NCBI GenBank assembly: GCA_024280755.1
Contig: JAJRPN010000027.1
Location: 33,267-97,266, forward strand
DNA length: 64,000 nucleotides
Direction: 5' to 3'
DNA from: Planctomycetota bacterium
Lineage (GTDB): Bacteria > Planctomycetota > Phycisphaerae > Phycisphaerales > UBA1924
A model generated the notes under the pieces. It was given only the letters and a program-made list of their open reading frames with translations. It had not been told where the DNA came from and ran no database searches. The position numbers were made by a program, and so were the translations under genes. The number at the start of each line of letters is the position of its first letter. The first letter of the stretch is position 1. Below, one piece after another: positions 57,904 to 64,000 of the stretch.

Positions 57904-60798
57904 TTAAAGGATCTTCCCGAATGCGAAGGTTCTCGCGTGTGTGGTTGCTTCTTTGAACTTTGAGATATCCGAGCCTGAGCCTTGGGCGTTGTCCGGTCGC
58001 CCGCCGCCCTTGCCACCCATGATCCCCGCGACTTCACGAATCCAATCGCCCGCCTTGAGCCCTTTGTCGATCTGCCCCGCAGGTACGACAGCCATCAGTG
58101 CAACACGCCCCGCGCCTTCATCAAGGCTCATCAGCATCACCGCTTTGTTTGGGCAGGCGCTCGTGATGGTTTTGAGCGCAGCTTCGAGGGCTTTGCGATC
58201 TGAACCAAGTTCGAGCGATGCGATGACCACTTCTTCGGGTGATCCTGCAGCCGACTCGGCAATTCCAGCAGCCAATGCTTGTGCTTTCTTTGCATTCTCC
58301 GCTGCTGCCGCCTTGCCGGCATTCTTGAGCTTCTTCTGGATTTGTGCCAGCTTGACACGAATCGCGTTCTTACCAGGAGCCGGCAAGGTTTCTTGTTCGA
58401 GAACCAAAACAAGCTCTTGGTGTTTGGTTGCCAACTCGCCGGGCGATGTTGTGTCGAGTGCGTCAGCCATTGCCAGCAGTTCTGCTGAACGGGCCTGAGC
58501 AGCAATCGCGTCTTGCCCGGTAATCGCTGTGATTCGACGGATGCCTTTGGCGATGCCTTCTTCGCTCAAGAGCGCAAAGCGTTTGGCAACGCCGGTCGAT
58601 TCGATGTGGGTGCCGCCGCAGAACTCGATCGACGCTGTTTTCCAAGCGTCATTCTCAGGGTTCGACATGAGTTGTCCGACCTCAATCCCGATCGAAACCA
58701 CCCGGACAGGATCTGGGTATGCCTCGCCAAAGACCGCACGCAAGCCGCTGATTTTTTGTGCATCCTCAAGCGGTGCAAGCTCGGCATAGACCGTAAGGTT
58801 CTGGTTGATCTCGTGATTCACGATCGATTCGACCTTGGCAACTTCCTCGGCAGTCACCGGCTGAGTGTGGGTAAAATCGAACCGAAGTTTCTCGTCGTTG
58901 ACGAGTGAACCCCGTTGATCGATCCCATCGCCAAGCACTTCACGCAGCGCAAAGTTCAAGAGATGCGTTGTGGTGTGGTTCGACGAGACCTTCGCCCGGT
59001 GTACATTCTTTTGATGGCACATGACATCATCGCCGGTCGTAATTTTTCCCTTGGTGATTCGCCCGATGTGCAAGACATAGCCGCCGAAGGATTGGGTGTC
59101 TTCTACACGGAAGTGTGCGCCAGCCTTGATGCACTGAAGCTCGCCAAGATCTGCAACTTGCCCGCCCATCTCGCTATAGAAGTTGGTTTTGTTGAGCACG
59201 ATCCCGACGCGCCGGGTTCCAGCGGTGGTTGAGTCGGCATGGTTATCGAAGTTGTGCCCGTTCCAGATCGCCTTGACTGTTGCGTTGATATCGCGCACCG
59301 CAAACTTAGCCGAGTCATCGGTTGGTTTGATGTTCAGATGCGAGAGCTTGGCGATTTGTTCGGCGCGAAGCTCGATCTTCTGCTCGCCACCTTCTTTGCG
59401 TCCGCCCTGGCGAGAGCGATCTTTCGCTTGCTCCATGGCCTTTGCAAAGCCCTCAAGATCAACAGCGAGCCCGCGTTCTTGCGCCATCAGATCGGTGAGA
59501 TCGACGGGGAAGCCGTAGGTGTCGTAGAGCTTGAAGGCGTCTTCGCCAGAGATCGTACCGGAATCAGTCGCTAACCCGTCGAACATCTTAATCCCACGAT
59601 CAAGCGTCTTGCCGAAGCTTGTTTCTTCATCTTCGATAATCCCAATCACCCGCTTTGGATCAATGCGCAGTTCTGGGAAGGCATCGCCCATCATTTCGAT
59701 CACGGTGGGGGCGAGATCGGCCAAGAAGCCTTGGGGGGCGCCGAGTTTCTGGCGGCCATACCGCACCGCACGACGCAAGATGCGCCGAAGCACATACCCG
59801 CGTCCTTCATTTGAAGGCATCCCGCCGTCGGTTATCGCAAAGACCAGCGTGCGGATGTGATCGCCGATCACGCGGTACGCCTCGTCCACACCATCGGAGT
59901 CGTCGGCTCCGAGCTTGCCTGCGTAGGTGCGAGCGCCAGTGAGTTTGACGAGTGCATCAAAGATCGGCATAAACACATCGGTGTCGTAGTTCGAGTTCTT
60001 ATCCTGAAGCACCGAAACAATTCGTTCGAGCCCAAGCCCGGTATCAACATGCTGGGCAGGCAGCGTACTCAGCTTGCCGCCTTCGAGCCGATCGTATTGG
60101 ATAAACACCAGGTTCCAAAGCTCGATCACTTCTGGATCGTCCGCGTTGACCAATGACGAAGCATCACGATTGCCCACGCGATCGTAATGCAGTTCTGAAC
60201 ATGGCCCGCAAGGCCCGGTGTCGCCCATCTCCCAGAAGTTGTCCTTCATATCAAAGGGCATCACGCGTTCTGGCGGGAGGAACTTTTCCCAGATTTGCTT
60301 GGCTTCAAGGTCTGGTTCGAGTCCGGCCTTTTCATCACCACCAAAGTAGGAAGCGTAGAAGCGATTTGGGTCAAGCCCAAAACACCCGTTCTCACGCGGC
60401 CCGGTCATCAACTCCCACGCCCACGCGATGGTCTCGGCTTTGAAGTAATCGCCAAACGACCAGTTGCCGAGCATCTCGAAGAAGGTATGGTGATAAGTAT
60501 CCTTGCCCACATCATCAAGGTCGTTGTGCTTGCCGCCCGCGCGGATGCACTTCTGTGTGTTGGTGGCTCGCTTGAGCCCTTGTAATGGCGAGTTGGGATC
60601 GAGCGTGCCTTGGAAGATAGGCTTGTATTGATTCATCCCCGCGTTGGCAAAGGTATCGCGCAGCGACGGATCGTTCGTCGGGCAGGTGGTTGACGAGGGC
60701 ACAAAGGTGTGTGCTTTATCGGTGAAGAACTTGATAAACGCGCTGCGGACTGCAGCGGCGGAGTTGATATCAGTCATGGCATTGGCACTCGTGGACAT
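57904..60798 (-). CDS. alaS: alanine--tRNA ligase
   Basis: 964 aa. FANAGMNQYKPIF, KHNDLDDVG, editing-domain HTTTHLLN, C-terminal DHHA1-like GGGRPD. Confidence 0.95.
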   Translation of the reverse strand: MSTSANAMTDINSAAAVRSAFIKFFTDKAHTFVPSSTTCPTNDPSLRDTFANAGMNQYKPIFQGTLDPNSPLQGLKRATNTQKCIRAGGKHNDLDDVGKDTYHHTFFEMLGNWSFGDYFKAETIAWAWELMTGPRENGCFGLDPNRFYASYFGGDEKAGLEPDLEAKQIWEKFLPPERVMPFDMKDNFWEMGDTGPCGPCSELHYDRVGNRDASSLVNADDPEVIELWNLVFIQYDRLEGGKLSTLPAQHVDTGLGLERIVSVLQDKNSNYDTDVFMPIFDALVKLTGARTYAGKLGADDSDGVDEAYRVIGDHIRTLVFAITDGGMPSNEGRGYVLRRILRRAVRYGRQKLGAPQGFLADLAPTVIEMMGDAFPELRIDPKRVIGIIEDEETSFGKTLDRGIKMFDGLATDSGTISGEDAFKLYDTYGFPVDLTDLMAQERGLAVDLEGFAKAMEQAKDRSRQGGRKEGGEQKIELRAEQIAKLSHLNIKPTDDSAKFAVRDINATVKAIWNGHNFDNHADSTTAGTRRVGIVLNKTNFYSEMGGQVADLGELQCIKAGAHFRVEDTQSFGGYVLHIGRITKGKITTGDDVMCHQKNVHRAKVSSNHTTTHLLNFALREVLGDGIDQRGSLVNDEKLRFDFTHTQPVTAEEVAKVESIVNHEINQNLTVYAELAPLEDAQKISGLRAVFGEAYPDPVRVVSIGIEVGQLMSNPENDAWKTASIEFCGGTHIESTGVAKRFALLSEEGIAKGIRRITAITGQDAIAAQARSAELLAMADALDTTSPGELATKHQELVLVLEQETLPAPGKNAIRVKLAQIQKKLKNAGKAAAAENAKKAQALAAGIAESAAGSPEEVVIASLELGSDRKALEAALKTITSACPNKAVMLMSLDEGAGRVALMAVVPAGQIDKGLKAGDWIREVAGIMGGKGGGRPDNAQGSGSDISKFKEATTHARTFAFGKIL

Positions 60799-61090
60799 AC
60801 GGGCGTTCCGTTTCTGTTCGGTGGTCTGGTCGGTCTCAAGTGATCGGCAGAATTGTGTCGGTAGAGATGTATCGGTGATGATAGGGGCGTGGCATTCGTG
60901 TTGTACTGCTCAAAGAGGTCCCAATATGGTACAAATTCACTCGGTTTGCTGGCGAGGTCCCGGTTTTGGGAGTCTGTTTAGACAGCAGCCCAGATATCGA
61001 TCGGTGGGGGCATTGCAGGATTGCTGAAAATTCGGTCTTTGAACCGTCAGTTGCCTTGTGATACGACATGTAAAAACAAGAGGAGCAGCA

Positions 61091-61975
61091 ATGCGTTATC
61101 CGTTTACAACCAAAGCCATTGTGCTCACTTCAGCACTCGTAGCGACCGCAAACGCAGGCGTTATCCGCCATGATGTCGACGACGCGCTCTACCAGCAACT
61201 CGGACAACAATCACAGTTCTCGCCTGTGGGACAGCTCGGGATTATCTTTAGTAACGGCAGCTCGGCGAGTTGTTCGGGCACGCTGATCAATGAAGAATGG
61301 ATCCTCACCGCGGCCCATTGTGTCGATCGAAATACTTCATCAATCACCTTTCTCAATGGTTCAGGGTTCGGGTTTGTCGAGGAGGTGGTGCTTCATCCAG
61401 ATTGGTCACCCGGGCAGTTTCTCGCTGGCGGCGATCTCGCGCTCCTCCGTATCTCAAGCCCGATCACCACAAGCCCAATTGCACAACTCAATACAGATCG
61501 AAACGAACTCGGAGCGGTCGGCACCATCGTCGGCTATGGGCGTACTGGCACCGGCGAAACCGGGGAGATCTTCGGCACCGGAGGCACACTGCGAGCAGGG
61601 CAAAATGTGATCGATGTGCTCGGGTCCGCACGCGGGTGGGACAGCCGAATCATGCTGACCGATTTCGATAATCCAAACGATCCAAGCGAGTCGCTCTATG
61701 GCAGCGACCAGCCTTTAGTGCTTGAATACTCGATTGCACCCGGAGATTCCGGCGGCGCACTCTTCGTCGAAACCCCCTTGGGCTGGAGACTCGCAGGCGT
61801 GAGTTCATTCATCAACTCCACCGACGGCACCCCCAACGGCGACTACGGCGACTCCAACGGCTTCACACGCGTCTCCGACTACGCCGCATGGATCAACTCC
61901 GTCATCCCAACCCCAAGCACGCTGCCGATGCTGGCGGGTGGATTGATGTTTGGTGCTCGCCGTCGACGCGGATGA
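61091..61975 (+). CDS. trypsin-like serine protease with PEP-CTERM anchor
   Basis: TAAHC, GDSGGALF. C-terminal PTPSTLPMLAGGLMFGARRRRG. AGGAG SD upstream of the ATG at 61091. Confidence 0.8.
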   Translation: MRYPFTTKAIVLTSALVATANAGVIRHDVDDALYQQLGQQSQFSPVGQLGIIFSNGSSASCSGTLINEEWILTAAHCVDRNTSSITFLNGSGFGFVEEVVLHPDWSPGQFLAGGDLALLRISSPITTSPIAQLNTDRNELGAVGTIVGYGRTGTGETGEIFGTGGTLRAGQNVIDVLGSARGWDSRIMLTDFDNPNDPSESLYGSDQPLVLEYSIAPGDSGGALFVETPLGWRLAGVSSFINSTDGTPNGDYGDSNGFTRVSDYAAWINSVIPTPSTLPMLAGGLMFGARRRRG

Positions 61976-62006
61976 TATGAATGACGCGTTTCCAATTTGA
62001 GATGAA

Positions 62007-62034
62007 TTGTGGATAAGTAGTTGTGCGTTATAAT
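62007..62034 (+). promoter_or_regulatory. candidate sigma-70-type promoter for the 62165 gene
   Basis: TTGTGG (62007-62012), 16-nt spacer, perfect TATAAT (62029-62034). An AGGAG SD follows at 62153. Confidence 0.3.
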
Positions 62035-62164
62035 CAGATGATGGGTTGTATGCTGTTTAGCAGAGTTATGTGAAAAAATCATATTTCCTTTGTGACGGTC
62101 TTGGTGAGTTGTGTATCTTCCTATGGTGCATGGTGCATGGTTGGACTCTTATTAGGAGAAAAGC

Positions 62165-63106
62165 ATGAAACAGGCAAGTGCTGTTTGGGTACTCATGGCG
62201 TTAGGTTTAATCAATATTTGCTCAGGGTATGTTTGGGCAGAGGAAAACTCCAATTCTGAAGTGATTTACACAATTTATGAGCAATCTGGATGGCATTTCT
62301 ATCCAGTGACGGCTCAGGGAGAATTTTTTGGTTTTTGGTCTATACCACTTGTGGAAACGAAGATCGGAAACATTCGGAGGCTGTGGTTTGAACATGATGA
62401 AGATACGAACTCTTGGGCAGTATATGCATTTGAGCCTCTCGATAAAGATGCATTTATGGAGAGTTTGATCACTGATGGAGCTGATGCGGACTCGTTTGGG
62501 TTTATTCAATTTGCGGAGTCGGAAGCAACCGATGATATTGGGAATGGATTTGTTTCCGGAGCAATTGCGTCTGGGCTTCTTGAGGGAGATCCCTTTGCTC
62601 CATTGGTGGACTCGCTCGAAGATCCTGAGGAAGTGTTGAACTTGCTCGCAGATGTTGGTTATCCAGTTGCTCCAATGATTTCTGGGGAAATGAGCGTTGG
62701 CGCTGGAGCAGCGGGAAATATGTCAGAGGCATTTAAACAGTCGTTGGATTGTTTGGCATTCGCCGGTGGAAGCAACTGCCAGTGGTGTACTTGCACAACG
62801 AACTATGGTACGCCAACTCCTACTCCGCCAGGAGGCCCGCACCCGTGGACAGGGGCGGCTGTCGGGGGAGGGGGTTCATTTGTGGATTGCGAGTACACTC
62901 GTCCTGCATCTGCACCCTATTGGCTCACCGGTAGAAAAACATTTTGCCCATCGTGTGCTAGCGGGAGTGCTGCAACACCGGCTGGATTAGCGCCGGGTGA
63001 AGAGGTTATTACGGTGAGGCGATTGGCTTCTGATGGGTGTGGTACAACACCTGGAGGCGGACTGCCTTCGGATGTTGCTCCACTCACCCCTGGATGGCGT
63101 CCGTAA
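62165..63106 (+). CDS. secreted protein, unknown function (AT-rich N-half, GC-rich Cys/Pro/Gly C-half)
   Basis: Signal peptide MKQASAVWVLMALGLINICSG. The C-terminal 120 aa hold 8 Cys and many P/G/T. Confidence 0.55.
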   Translation: MKQASAVWVLMALGLINICSGYVWAEENSNSEVIYTIYEQSGWHFYPVTAQGEFFGFWSIPLVETKIGNIRRLWFEHDEDTNSWAVYAFEPLDKDAFMESLITDGADADSFGFIQFAESEATDDIGNGFVSGAIASGLLEGDPFAPLVDSLEDPEEVLNLLADVGYPVAPMISGEMSVGAGAAGNMSEAFKQSLDCLAFAGGSNCQWCTCTTNYGTPTPTPPGGPHPWTGAAVGGGGSFVDCEYTRPASAPYWLTGRKTFCPSCASGSAATPAGLAPGEEVITVRRLASDGCGTTPGGGLPSDVAPLTPGWRP

Positions 63107-63118
63107 AGGTAGCACGCA

Positions 63119-63922
63119 TTGAAACCGTTGAAAGAAGTTTTGAAAAAATTGGCAATGGTCATAAGCATGATCATTGTCATTTATATCGCTAATTACACAG
63201 CGAAGTATTCTGCCTCTGTATTGCTTTCAACAAGACTGTCATCAGATGTTTGGCAACTTGGATCGTCAAGCAGTAGGCTTGTGCCTGACACCCCTCACTC
63301 ATATCGTTTTTATTCAAATCGAGGTACAAGTCCCACCGTATTTGGGAGGTCGGCAAGTGTGACCCTTCGGCCACACACATCGAATGCAATGGCACTGTTC
63401 GAGAGTCTTCCAAATCCACTGAAGAAGCCTATTTATTGGGAGTGTTCGCCCACTCGCTATTTAGGGGCTTATCTGTTCGTTTTGATCACAGTGGTTTTGT
63501 ATAAGATATTTTTGCAGGGCAATCGTGGGGGGGGTGTTTTACTCAAGAAAACAGTTATTGTTTTGTCATGCGTGCATATAGCAGGGATGGGCATGGTATA
63601 TCCCGCAATGAGATTGTTTTGGTCTGGTATGCAGGAGGCGTTAAAGCACAAGTACATATCGGGCACTCGTGAACTCGATTCGACTCGTCTGCTCTGGATG
63701 TCTTCAGAGATTCATAATACTCTCTACATTGGAATACTTGGAGCGATGGTCTGGTTAACCCTTCTCCTTTCAACCAAGGGCGATGGTATGCGATCTTCTG
63801 ATTTGAAGTTGAATAAATCGAAAGGGATGTATTTTATTCGAAATGTGATTGGTGTTGGGGCTGTTCTATTTTGCATTATGGCACCATTGTCTATGCCGTT
63901 GACGATCGGGTTGATTATTTGA
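63119..63922 (+). CDS. multi-pass membrane protein, unknown function
   Basis: 267-aa ORF with several hydrophobic helices. TTG start at 63119 or ATG at 63155. AT-rich. Confidence 0.45.
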   Translation: MKPLKEVLKKLAMVISMIIVIYIANYTAKYSASVLLSTRLSSDVWQLGSSSSRLVPDTPHSYRFYSNRGTSPTVFGRSASVTLRPHTSNAMALFESLPNPLKKPIYWECSPTRYLGAYLFVLITVVLYKIFLQGNRGGGVLLKKTVIVLSCVHIAGMGMVYPAMRLFWSGMQEALKHKYISGTRELDSTRLLWMSSEIHNTLYIGILGAMVWLTLLLSTKGDGMRSSDLKLNKSKGMYFIRNVIGVGAVLFCIMAPLSMPLTIGLII

Positions 63923-64000
63923 TTGCTGTGTTTCTTCAAAATTCAGATCTGTGAATCACTCTTGATGTTGACCTGCCCCCCAATAACTAGTCCATTCCTT

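Overview
The window is a GC-rich bacterial chromosomal segment. I infer a Planctomycetota-type genome from four things: a 16S gene with no linked 23S/5S, an ECF sigma factor paired with a Ser/Thr kinase, a BatA/VWA membrane protein and a PEP-CTERM protease. No database search was possible. Most of the window is housekeeping: purC, mfd, phoU, rpmB, trpD, miaB, sdhCAB, fabI, nadC, birA, mutL, pgk, atpZ-I-B-E-F-H and alaS. A complete 16S rRNA gene lies on the minus strand at about 18445-19926.

The most unusual part is 8441-18152. It holds six tandem, co-oriented paralogues of a family I cannot place. Each has a TM helix, a 4-Cys ribbon (CRKCKFDLAGL...CPECG), a second TM helix, a conserved helical region, a divergent AT-richer core and a conserved C-terminal module. 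Copy 1 is frameshifted and has lost a ribbon cysteine. Copy 6 looks like a recombinant of the two sub-lineages. Short stretches are identical at the nucleotide level between copies.

A second non-genic signal is a family of about 150-bp nested palindromic elements at five intergenic loci (24896, 25303, 31185, 40686, 47129). Their arms appear modular. One locus (24.7-25.4 kb) also carries a dense TGGCACCC repeat cluster next to an AT-rich lipoprotein gene.

Other points worth a look:
- an mcsA-mcsB-comF cluster
- an ECF sigma / Ser-Thr kinase pair with a candidate phospho-threonine in sigma region 2.2
- an extremely acidic membrane protein translationally coupled to a BatA/VWA protein
- a terminated F0-plus-delta ATP synthase operon with no F1 genes nearby
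- an AT-rich accessory patch at 62-64 kb

All functional calls rest on motifs read by eye from the ORF track.
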